Shown here: positions 33,333 through 42,442 of the stretch, one piece after another
Layout: every line of letters begins with the position of its first letter
Numbering within the stretch: the stretch's first letter is position 1
NCBI GenBank assembly: GCA_009777815.1
Contig: WRLB01000002.1
Location: 1 to 50,703 of the forward strand
Source: Bacteroidota bacterium
GTDB lineage: Bacteria > Bacteroidota > Ignavibacteria > Kapaibacteriales > UBA2268
Direction of reading: 5' to 3'
DNA length: 50,703 nucleotides
Position numbers and translations under genes: made by a program
Notes under the pieces: model-generated
Seen by the model: only the letters and a program-made list of their open reading frames with translations
Database searches by the model: none
Told to the model about the DNA's origin: nothing

Positions 33333-34322
33333 TTATAATTTAATTAGAACTCTGCCTACCTGATTACCTGCTAACATTAAATCAATTTCGCTATTTAAAT
33401 CTTCTAATTTTATTTCTTTTGTTAAGAAATCAAAATTAAAAAAACCAACCCTTGAAGCAATTTTATCCCATATAATTAAGCGTTTTTGCATATATGTTTC
33501 TGCCGATGCAAGTCCAATTAAGCGAACTCCACGTAATATAAAAGGAAATATAGAAGTTTGTAATTCAGTTGAAACAATGTTACCACAAGTGCAAACTATT
33601 CCATATTTATTTACGGACTTTAATATATTAGTTAGCACGTTTCCGCCAACGGTATCTATTCCTGCTATCCATTTTTGCGGCAAGATAGGTTTTTTTGAAT
33701 CTTCATTTAATAGTTCTCTGCCAAATATCTCATTTGCTCCTGCTTTTTCTAAAAGTGGATATTGTTCTTTTTTACCGCTTGAAACAACAACTTCATATCC
33801 TAATTTAGAAAGGAAATTTGTTGCCATTATACCTACTCCGCCTGTGGCACCTGATACAACAATTTTGCCATCTTCGGGCTTGATTCCGTAATTTATTATT
33901 TCTAATACGCCACTCATTGCAGTAAATCCTGCTGTTCCGACAATCATTGCTGTTCTTAATGATATTCCATCAGGTTTAGGAACAACCCAATCAGAAGGAA
34001 CGTTAATGTATTCGCCGAAGCCACCACTGGTATTCATACCTAAATCATATCCTGTAACTATAACTTCGTCACCTTCTTTAAATTTTGCTGTTTTTGATTT
34101 AGTAACGATGCCTGCAGCATCAATACCCGGAGTATGCGGATAATTACGTGTTATGCCTTTATTACCTGTCGCTGACAGAACATCTTTATAATTTAGTGAT
34201 GAGTAATGAACTTTTATAAGAATATCATTATCGGGCAAATCTGCGATATTTCTATTTTTTATATTTCTTTGGAAAGTAGAATTTATTTCATCTACTACAA
34301 GTGCTTTGAAAAATTGTTTCAT
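33333..34322 (-). CDS. YhdH/AcuI-family NADPH:quinone/acrylyl-CoA reductase (MDR superfamily)
   Basis: VHYSSLNYKDVLSATGNKGITRNYPHTPGIDAAGIV and the GATGGVG nucleotide-binding motif. Confidence 0.85.
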   Translation of the reverse strand: MKQFFKALVVDEINSTFQRNIKNRNIADLPDNDILIKVHYSSLNYKDVLSATGNKGITRNYPHTPGIDAAGIVTKSKTAKFKEGDEVIVTGYDLGMNTSGGFGEYINVPSDWVVPKPDGISLRTAMIVGTAGFTAMSGVLEIINYGIKPEDGKIVVSGATGGVGIMATNFLSKLGYEVVVSSGKKEQYPLLEKAGANEIFGRELLNEDSKKPILPQKWIAGIDTVGGNVLTNILKSVNKYGIVCTCGNIVSTELQTSIFPFILRGVRLIGLASAETYMQKRLIIWDKIASRVGFFNFDFLTKEIKLEDLNSEIDLMLAGNQVGRVLIKL

Positions 34323-34362
34323 AAATTATTTTTAAATTTTCTGCAAATATAACTAAAATAAT

Positions 34363-35289
34363 TTATATCTTTAACAGCATTTTCTTTAATAAGTATTCAT
34401 CATTTTCCCCAAGTTCTATGTCAATAGGATAGACAATTACATTAACTCCCCACTGCATAAAAAACTTTTTATATAAAATTAGTTTCATTGCATCTTTTTC
34501 TGTTGTAGCAATAGTATAGCACTCTTTTCTTTTGCATTTATTTATAATTTTTAGGATATCTTTTTCTGTATAATAATGATGGTCACTATATTTTAATACG
34601 CTAATAACATTATGTTTTATGCTTTCAATAAATCGGTTTGGTTTTGCTATTCCTACTAATGCTATTGTATTTTTATGCGAAAAATTAGCATCATTGTTGC
34701 TAAATAAATTGTATGGTTGATTGTATTTTTTATTTGCAGTTATTACATTTTTTATTTTATATTTACAATTTTTTATTAATTCTTCTTTTTTTAAGCCGTT
34801 GGAACACACTATTAAATTTGCTCTTTCTATAGATTTTAAACTTTCACGTTTGAAAAAACTTGTAATTGATTTTTTATCTAACAACACAATATCTAAATTT
34901 CTATGCAAGTGTTTATGCTGAAAACCATCATCAATTATTATACAATCAAAATTATAATTATAGTTTATTATTTCGTTGTTATTGTTCATTTTAGATACTA
35001 ATTCTGATTTAGATTTACCTACAAATACGGGAACATTGCATCGCTTTGCAATTAGTAACATTTCATCTCCTCCCGTAGTTGCATCGGCAAAAATGTATTT
35101 GCCATCAGATAAAACGATGTCGTTTTTACATTTTCTTTTATAACCACGTCCAATAACAGCAGGTTTATGTCCAAGTTTTTTTAGAAAATTGCAAATATAT
35201 ATAACAAAAGGCGTTTTTCCCGTTCCGCCGAAAGATATGTTTCCGACAGATATAACAGGAACTTGTGATTTTATTAATTTATGATGCAT
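34363..35289 (-). CDS. lpxK: Tetraacyldisaccharide 4'-kinase; start uncertain (ATG at 35289 or TTG at 35382)
   Basis: PVISVGNISFGGTGKTPFV P-loop, then GRGYKR and DDGFQH motifs. The frame upstream of Met32 runs into a repeat element. Confidence 0.85.
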   Translation of the reverse strand: MHHKLIKSQVPVISVGNISFGGTGKTPFVIYICNFLKKLGHKPAVIGRGYKRKCKNDIVLSDGKYIFADATTGGDEMLLIAKRCNVPVFVGKSKSELVSKMNNNNEIINYNYNFDCIIIDDGFQHKHLHRNLDIVLLDKKSITSFFKRESLKSIERANLIVCSNGLKKEELIKNCKYKIKNVITANKKYNQPYNLFSNNDANFSHKNTIALVGIAKPNRFIESIKHNVISVLKYSDHHYYTEKDILKIINKCKRKECYTIATTEKDAMKLILYKKFFMQWGVNVIVYPIDIELGENDEYLLKKMLLKI

Positions 35290-35329
35290 AGGATTAATAA
35301 TTTGATGACCTTTATTTCCATATTCTATT

Positions 35330-35394
35330 ATACCGAATTTATTTCGGCATCTCCTCGCATAATACAAGGGATGCCGAAACAAGTTCGGTATGAC
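35330..35394. repeat. Full nested-palindrome element overlapping the 5' end of the lpxK frame
   Basis: ATACCGAATTTATTTCGGCATCTCCTCGCATAATACAAGGGATGCCGAAACAAGTTCGGTATGAC. Confidence 0.85.
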
Positions 35395-35414
35395 GTTTTT
35401 AGAAGTTAAAACTC

Positions 35415-36161
35415 TTATTTTGCTTCTTTTGATATAAATGGTAAAGAACCATTTCCGCTATAATAATAAGGCATTTTGCCATCCCATTTTAGGATTGCCA
35501 TTTCTTGCAATACTAATGGAGTTAATGCTGCTTGTTTTAATTTTTGTGCTTCTGCTTCGAGACGTTTTTCTTCTAACTCATAAGCAGCACGTTGTGCATT
35601 TTGCTCGGCTATTTTCTTTCTTTCGATTGATTTATCGAACTCTTCACTGAAATCGTGATTAACAAGTAAAAACTCATGGATTATTATTCCGCTATTTTGG
35701 ACTTGTTCTCTAACAGCACTTGCTATTTCTGAGGCAATTGCAGGACGCTTCTCTACAAATTGCTCTATCGGATACATTGCTACACTACTTTGTATTTTTT
35801 CTTGTAGTGTTGGTAGCAACAAGATATTTTGTATATCCGTCTTGTAAGTAGAATATACCTTCTGCACGTTTGTAGCAGGTATGGAATAAACTAATTGAGA
35901 TTGAACTCTAATAGTTTGCATATCGCTTGTAGATACTTCAATATCAACGAATATTTTGTTATTTCTAATTGATATTTTATCTACGCTGGATATAAATGGC
36001 ACTTTAAATCGCAAGCCCTCGTCAGTAATATTTTTAATACTTCCGAAATATTTTACCACTCCAACTTCACCTGTTTCTATTGTATAGAATGATAAATAGA
36101 GTGTTAATAATACTATAGCACCTGCAATTACGCCTACTGTTAACTTAGCATCTTTTGTCAT
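35415..36161 (-). CDS. SPFH/band-7 (prohibitin-like) membrane protein
   Basis: An N-terminal TM segment, then GEVGVVKYFGS...GLRFKVPFISSVDKISIR and a C-terminal coiled coil (AEQNAQRAAYELEEKRLEAEAQK). Confidence 0.88.
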   Translation of the reverse strand: MTKDAKLTVGVIAGAIVLLTLYLSFYTIETGEVGVVKYFGSIKNITDEGLRFKVPFISSVDKISIRNNKIFVDIEVSTSDMQTIRVQSQLVYSIPATNVQKVYSTYKTDIQNILLLPTLQEKIQSSVAMYPIEQFVEKRPAIASEIASAVREQVQNSGIIIHEFLLVNHDFSEEFDKSIERKKIAEQNAQRAAYELEEKRLEAEAQKLKQAALTPLVLQEMAILKWDGKMPYYYSGNGSLPFISKEAK

Positions 36162-36274
36162 TTTTTATATGTATTTAATTATAAAAGTCGTGTTAAAAAT
36201 AACTTTTTTATTTCTAATTTCATAATACTGAAACAAATTAAGAATGAAAATAATGTTTTTTTTATAAAAAAGCG

Positions 36275-36282
36275 TATATTTG
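36275..36282 (+). promoter_or_regulatory. -7 box TATATTTG for the TPR gene
   Basis: AAAAAAGCGTATATTTGCAAT overlaps the TTG start of the listed ORF and supports the ATG at 36304. Confidence 0.5.
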
Positions 36283-36303
36283 CAATATAATAATTTTAAG
36301 AAT

Positions 36304-37863
36304 ATGAAAAAAAATCTTGTTATAGCATTATGTCTTTTTATGATACCTTTTATATCTGTGTCGCAGATAGTAAAATATGGACACTCAACGTTTATAGATG
36401 CAGATTATTATTATGGCGGAATTAACACACATCATATAAATCTTTTGCTTGATATGTCATTAGTTAAAAGTGCTGAAATAGAAGTGTTAGATGCAATAAA
36501 AAAGTATTATGATGTCCCTACTATTGACTTAAATACTTTTCTTAAAGCCGATATTGACTTGCGAAATGGTAATTATCATATAGCATTGAAAGAATTAGAG
36601 ATATTTATTAAAGAAAGAAATAACTCTCCTTTTGTGCCGTCTGCGTGGTTATTTAGCGGCTATATAGAATTAGAAACAGGAAATTATAGCAGTGCCGAAA
36701 GATATTTTTTATTAGCAAAAAGTTCTGCCAACTACGATAAATCAGTTAGAACAGATAAGCAACATTATGATAACATAGAACATAGTGCTACTTATTGGTT
36801 AGCAATTTCGTTGTGTCAGCAGGGTAAATATTTAGATGCTATTCCATATTTTACGGAATCGCAAAAAAATTTTCCGAACTATATATATGCTGCTCAATCT
36901 TTGTATGCATTGGGTTCTATTGCGGAAATGGATAAGGATTATGAAAAAGCAATTAGTTATTATAACAGAATTGAATCCGAATATCCGTATTCTAATGTTA
37001 TTTTAGCATCACTAATAAGAAATGCAAATGATAGATTACTCTTAAGAAATCCACAATCTGCACTAATATATATACAAAGAGCAGAAAATATTTATAGAAA
37101 AATTATTATGAAAGATTCTGTAGGCATGCTATATGCTAAACAGGATTTTAATGAAAATTATTTAGAAAATATTGAATATTTGCAAGGCGAAGCATACAAT
37201 CAAGTAGCACAATATGACCAAGCAATAAAACACTTTAATGAAGTAGTTAATTCGTATCCGAAGTCCAATTTAATGGACTTTGTTAATATGGGTATCGGTT
37301 GGGCATATCTGAATAAAATGGAATATGAAAATGCTATTGATTATTTTCAAAAAGTAATAGATAGCCGTCTTGATTACTCGCCGACAGGTAATATATCTAA
37401 CGTTAAAGCAATCGCTTATCTTAATAAAATTTCTGCACTCAAAAAGTTAAAACGAATAGATGAAGCACAAGCAGAGTTATCTTTATTAGCAGTTAGACCT
37501 AATTTCCCACAATTAGCGTTTGTTCAGTTAGAATTAAGCCAAATATATTATGAAAATGCTGATTATGATTTAGCACGTAAAACATTAGAACGAGCAGAAC
37601 GAGAAGCAGATAATCCAAAAGTTTTAATACGAATAACATCTTTACTTGCTGCATCATATTTAGAATTGAAGCAGTATAGCAAAGCAGCAGAAACATACAA
37701 AAAAGTAATAGATATTGGTGAAAAAGCAGATGTATTACTTATTCCGAATAAAGATTGGTATATTGTTGATGCTTGCTTGAAACAAGGTATCGCACTTGTA
37801 TCTGCACAACGCAGTAACGAAGCAATAACACCACTACTAAAATATATATCACTTGTTAAATGA
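36304..37863 (+). CDS. Secreted tetratricopeptide-repeat protein
   Basis: Signal peptide MKKNLVIALCLFMIPFISVSQ. Multiple TPR-like units (Y..A...F......P.S......A...LG). Confidence 0.8.
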   Translation: MKKNLVIALCLFMIPFISVSQIVKYGHSTFIDADYYYGGINTHHINLLLDMSLVKSAEIEVLDAIKKYYDVPTIDLNTFLKADIDLRNGNYHIALKELEIFIKERNNSPFVPSAWLFSGYIELETGNYSSAERYFLLAKSSANYDKSVRTDKQHYDNIEHSATYWLAISLCQQGKYLDAIPYFTESQKNFPNYIYAAQSLYALGSIAEMDKDYEKAISYYNRIESEYPYSNVILASLIRNANDRLLLRNPQSALIYIQRAENIYRKIIMKDSVGMLYAKQDFNENYLENIEYLQGEAYNQVAQYDQAIKHFNEVVNSYPKSNLMDFVNMGIGWAYLNKMEYENAIDYFQKVIDSRLDYSPTGNISNVKAIAYLNKISALKKLKRIDEAQAELSLLAVRPNFPQLAFVQLELSQIYYENADYDLARKTLERAEREADNPKVLIRITSLLAASYLELKQYSKAAETYKKVIDIGEKADVLLIPNKDWYIVDACLKQGIALVSAQRSNEAITPLLKYISLVK

Positions 37864-37885
37864 TTGGAGAATTTTATTTTTATAT

Positions 37886-39922
37886 ATGAAAATACTGCAA
37901 AAACTTCCCACTAATGTTAATATAATACTGAAACAATATATACTATCGCTAATTATTTATTTTATATTTAGGGTTATCCTCTTTGCAACGGAAATAGATA
38001 GAATTGATAACGATGTTAGAATTATTGACATCTTACATAGTTTTTTATTGGGATTTAGGTTTGATTTAGTGGTATCAAGTTATATTTTAATACTTCCTTT
38101 CCTTCTGATGTCTATTAATGCTATAGCAGGAAAAGATTTCAAACCGATAAGAAAATTCGTATTTCTGTGGTGTTCTATTATTTCTGTGGCTACATTTTTG
38201 GTATCTGCGATTGATATTCCGTTTTTCAATCATTTTCTCGTTCGACTGACACATTCTTCTTTTGATGCACTCAAAGATGGAAACGCTGGATGGATATTGA
38301 GTATGATTAGCGAAGAAACAAGATATTGGATTTTCTTTGCGATTTTTCTTTTAATATCTGCCTTATATGTTCTTATTTCCAATAAAATAATCATTAAATC
38401 GCCTAATAAAGATGATAATAAGATAATAAAAACAAGAAACTATTTTGCTAATGTTTTACTAAATATTGCTGTCTTTTTACTTGGTTTTACGTTAATTTTC
38501 TTCGGAATTAGGGGAAGATTCACCGAAAAATCGCCAATTAGGATAGGAACAGCATATTTTTGCAATAATAATTTTTTGAACCAACTCGGTCTCAATCCTT
38601 CATTTACACTCCTCGCAAGTGCCTTAGAAAATAGTAAAAACAAGAATAAAAACAATAATTTTATGAACGATGATGAAGCAATAAAAAATATACAGCACAT
38701 CCTAAATTTAGACACAAATACCAATAATATTACTCGGAATAACGACCCAATAACTGATATTTACTCTAATCGTAATGTTATTCTAATTATTATGGAAGGA
38801 ATGAGTGCAGGCAAAATGAAAAGATACGGCAATAACAAAAATCTCACTCCATTCCTTGATAGTATAGCAAATATAGGGCTGAAGCCCGATAATAACGCTA
38901 CGATTACTTATACTTTTGATAATACTTTTTCTACCTCTGTTAAGACATTCGGAGGTGTATTTTGCACTTTATTTTCTTATCCTATTGCTCGTGGCAATAA
39001 TATTATGAAAATTGTGCCGATTTTGCAATTTGATGGCTTATCTACCATTTTGAAAAGCCAAAATTACTCTACTATTTACTTTACTACCCATGATGGACAA
39101 TTTGATGGAATTGCGGGCTTTTTATATAATAATAATTTTGAAAAAGTGGTCGAACTATCCGATTATCCGCTAAATGAAGCAAAAACTACTATGGGCGTTC
39201 CTGATGATTTTATGTTTAGATTTTCTCATCTTTATCTAAATGAATTACATCGGAAGGAGCGTCCTTTTTTTGCTACTTTTCTAACTGGGAGCGACCATCT
39301 TCCTTATTATATTCCTAAATATTTTAAGCCGAATAATAACGAAATTAAGTATCAAGCAACCGAATATGCTGACTGGTCACTCCGTCTATTTATGCAGGAA
39401 GCACAGAAGCAACAATGGTATAACAATACGCTTTTTATTTTTGCGGCAGACCACGGCACAGCCATTGATGCGACTTATCCGATGTCAATTACGCATTATC
39501 ATATTCCTTTTATTATATTTATTCCGAATGCAAAGGAGCAACAGAATGAGCAATTATCTGATTCTATCTTCACTAATATAGCATCTCAAGTGGATATAGC
39601 ACCAACTATTCTATCGCTGTTAGGAATAAATTATCAAAATAGTTCTTTAGGGCTTAATTTATTCAAAGAACACAGGAAATACGCAGTCATGGACGCTACT
39701 GACGATTATGCAGTTATTAGCAAAAATTATCTGATGATTGCAAAAAATAACGAAGAAAAGCAACTCTTTTACTACTTAAATAAAGATAAAAACAACTACG
39801 CAACCGCCAAGCAAAATGTGGTAGCAGAAATGGATTTATATGCTCGTTCTTACTTTCAGGTTCTTGATTATACATTAAGAAAAAAGAAAAATCAATTATA
39901 TAATCGGAAAACCGATTTATAA
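37886..39922 (+). CDS. LTA synthase/sulfatase-family membrane phosphotransferase
   Basis: Five N-terminal TM segments, then an alkaline-phosphatase-superfamily domain (NVILIIMEGMS, GSDHLPY, FAADHG). The start is set at MKILQKL. Confidence 0.85.
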   Translation: MKILQKLPTNVNIILKQYILSLIIYFIFRVILFATEIDRIDNDVRIIDILHSFLLGFRFDLVVSSYILILPFLLMSINAIAGKDFKPIRKFVFLWCSIISVATFLVSAIDIPFFNHFLVRLTHSSFDALKDGNAGWILSMISEETRYWIFFAIFLLISALYVLISNKIIIKSPNKDDNKIIKTRNYFANVLLNIAVFLLGFTLIFFGIRGRFTEKSPIRIGTAYFCNNNFLNQLGLNPSFTLLASALENSKNKNKNNNFMNDDEAIKNIQHILNLDTNTNNITRNNDPITDIYSNRNVILIIMEGMSAGKMKRYGNNKNLTPFLDSIANIGLKPDNNATITYTFDNTFSTSVKTFGGVFCTLFSYPIARGNNIMKIVPILQFDGLSTILKSQNYSTIYFTTHDGQFDGIAGFLYNNNFEKVVELSDYPLNEAKTTMGVPDDFMFRFSHLYLNELHRKERPFFATFLTGSDHLPYYIPKYFKPNNNEIKYQATEYADWSLRLFMQEAQKQQWYNNTLFIFAADHGTAIDATYPMSITHYHIPFIIFIPNAKEQQNEQLSDSIFTNIASQVDIAPTILSLLGINYQNSSLGLNLFKEHRKYAVMDATDDYAVISKNYLMIAKNNEEKQLFYYLNKDKNNYATAKQNVVAEMDLYARSYFQVLDYTLRKKKNQLYNRKTDL

Positions 39923-40109
39923 ATCGGAAAAGCAATTATATAATCGAAAAAGCAATTATATAATTGAAAAAGCAATTATATAATTGAAAAAGCAATTATA
40001 TAATTGGAAATTGCGTATTATTATTCAAAAATCAATTATATAAATCGGAAATTGCGTATTATAATGCAATTTTCAATTATATAATTGGTTTACCGATTAT
40101 ATAATTGGT
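39889..40109. repeat. Array of about 11 units phased every 20 bp, built on the perfect palindrome CAATTATATAATTG
   Basis: AAAAGCAATTATATAAT(T/C)G(A/G) occurs as four consecutive units at 39929-40008, with variant or degenerate units on both sides, including the 16 bp palindrome CCGATTTATAAATCGG that spans the stop codon of the preceding gene. Confidence 0.9.
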
Positions 40110-40249
40110 TTTTTGGTATTAAAATCGCTTAAACAACAGATAAATAGGGGAATTGGTAAAAAAATAGCAAAAACGTTACTAATTTTGTAATTTTTTCTTA
40201 TTTTTGTAATTACTTTTACTATATTCAGTATATTTATTGAACTAATTCT

Positions 40250-40280
40250 AACAGCACTTTCATTAGTGCTGTTTTTTTTA
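40250..40280 (+). terminator. Rho-independent terminator
   Basis: Stem AACAGCACT/AGTGCTGTT followed by TTTTTT. Confidence 0.75.
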
Positions 40281-40385
40281 TTAAATATAAAAACCTATAT
40301 TGCAAATAAATAACGGCGAACCGCCGTGGTAAATTGCATTTGCTTTTTGCAAATGCTTTAAATAGTAAAATTTATTTAAAATATT

Positions 40386-42419
40386 ATGAAAAAAGCAATT
40401 ATATTTATCTTATCGTTTTATTTAGTGGGAAATGCTTTCGCATATTCAAGAAATTATGATGTATTAAAGTATAACTTATATGTGGATTGGTCAGACATTT
40501 TGCAATCTAATAAAGGAGAAATAGAAAAAAGAAAATGGAATGGCAATATGAAAATAACTTTCGTTCCCAAAGTAGATAATCTAACAGAGATAGAATTAGA
40601 TGCAGTTGGATTAAAAATAGATGATATAAGTTTTAAGGTTGTTAATGAAGAGATGCTCGATGGTTCTCAAAATATCACTCTTTTTGATGATAAAATAAGG
40701 ATAGAAATGTCATTTTTAGATTACATTATAACCACAAAAGATACAATTGAGTTATCAATAGATTATGCGTATATTAATCCTTATAATAAGGGTTTTTCAT
40801 ATCGCAATTCGGCAGACACATTTCCGTCTGATTTTGTGCCTGATATAAATGCTCCAAGTGCAGGGACATTGAATGAGCCACAAGATGCAAGATATTGGAT
40901 GCCGTGTAATGATGTTCCAAGCGATAAAGCATTGTGGGACATTGTAGTGAGTGTTCCCGTTGGGATAAAGGCAGTGTCTAATGGTAGTTTGGATAGTTCT
41001 GTTATATATAATGATGTTGAGACGTTTTATTGGTCTTCTAAATGTCCGATGCCAACTTACCTTATGACTATTGCTGCTGCCGATTATGAATTGCGGATAG
41101 AAAGGATGCAGATTAATTCTACCGATATTGATTCTGTTGACGTATATTACTATACTTTTCCTGGCGATTGGGAAGGTGAAAATGGTTGTTCTGCTGAAAA
41201 AAACCTATCTACTACGCAAAAAGCAATGCAAATATTTAGTGATTTATTTGGCAACTATCCTTTTGAAAAATATGGTTATGCAACAGTGGATTACACACAT
41301 TTAGGTTTTAGAACATTAGGAATGGAGCATCAAACAATTACAACGAGTAATCGTTATTGGGTGAGGAATTTTATTCCTGTTCCAACTTGGACAGCATTTG
41401 CTCACGAGTTAGGACATCACTGGTTCGGCAATATGGTTACATGTAAGGAATGGACTGACCTTTGGTTCAACGAGGGCGGTGCAACTTGGACAGAAGCAAT
41501 ATATTCAGAACGAATAAATGGCTATATAGACACTGCTGCATATTTTAATTTTATGCAAAGCAGAAGGGTATCTTATATTGATTATTCAAAAAAAGATTCT
41601 AATTTTTACGTTCCTGTGGGCAAAATATATAATCCTGATTCGGCTCTGTTCCAATACTCTACTTTAACATATTCTAAATCATCTTGGATATTTCATAGTT
41701 TAAGAGTGTTATTAGGAGATGATATTTTTCCTTTGTGTAGAAAACTATTGGATGAATATAAGTTTGGCAACATTTCTATTTATGAATTTGCTGATTTTTT
41801 TGTAGAAAATGTTACCAATCCGCCGCATAATATAGATATGAAAAAGTTTATAGAGCAGTTTGTTATTTATGGCGGACATCCGAAATATATTATAAATACT
41901 AATGTTGCCAGTAATACTGCACCTTTTATCATCAATATGAATCTAATCCAAACGCAAGAAAAAACAGATAACGTTATAGATGATTTTTTGATGTATATTA
42001 AAGTAGATTTTTTTGATTCTGACGATAATTTTATTAAAAGCGAATATATTGTAAATGATAAACAAGAGCAAGATTATACTTTTATTTTAGATAAAGAACC
42101 GACTAAAATTATCTTTGATACAACACGCTCATTGTTAGAAATTATTGAAAATAATTTAACAAGCATAGAAAATTATACAGACAATGTTATAAAAATATTC
42201 CCTAATCCATCTAATAACAACGAAATAAATATCGCATCCGATTTAGGTATTAGCACCATTATTATTACTGATTTGCGTGGAAATACCATATTAAGTGATT
42301 TACAACCTCTAAATTATTTCAGCAATAATTATACATTCTTACTTCCAAATATTGAAACAGGCACCTATTTCATTATAATAAACAGCAAAAATATTTATAA
42401 GTTGATAGTTGCAGAATAG
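40386..42419 (+). CDS. M1-family zinc aminopeptidase with a T9SS C-terminal sorting domain
   Basis: HELGHHWFGN...WFNEGGATW (HExxH-x18-E). The C-terminus IKIFPNPSNNNEINI...GTYFIIINSKNIYKLIV is typical of a T9SS CTD. Confidence 0.9.
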   Translation: MKKAIIFILSFYLVGNAFAYSRNYDVLKYNLYVDWSDILQSNKGEIEKRKWNGNMKITFVPKVDNLTEIELDAVGLKIDDISFKVVNEEMLDGSQNITLFDDKIRIEMSFLDYIITTKDTIELSIDYAYINPYNKGFSYRNSADTFPSDFVPDINAPSAGTLNEPQDARYWMPCNDVPSDKALWDIVVSVPVGIKAVSNGSLDSSVIYNDVETFYWSSKCPMPTYLMTIAAADYELRIERMQINSTDIDSVDVYYYTFPGDWEGENGCSAEKNLSTTQKAMQIFSDLFGNYPFEKYGYATVDYTHLGFRTLGMEHQTITTSNRYWVRNFIPVPTWTAFAHELGHHWFGNMVTCKEWTDLWFNEGGATWTEAIYSERINGYIDTAAYFNFMQSRRVSYIDYSKKDSNFYVPVGKIYNPDSALFQYSTLTYSKSSWIFHSLRVLLGDDIFPLCRKLLDEYKFGNISIYEFADFFVENVTNPPHNIDMKKFIEQFVIYGGHPKYIINTNVASNTAPFIINMNLIQTQEKTDNVIDDFLMYIKVDFFDSDDNFIKSEYIVNDKQEQDYTFILDKEPTKIIFDTTRSLLEIIENNLTSIENYTDNVIKIFPNPSNNNEINIASDLGISTIIITDLRGNTILSDLQPLNYFSNNYTFLLPNIETGTYFIIINSKNIYKLIVAE

Positions 42420-42442
42420 AAAGTTCATATATCTTCCATACT

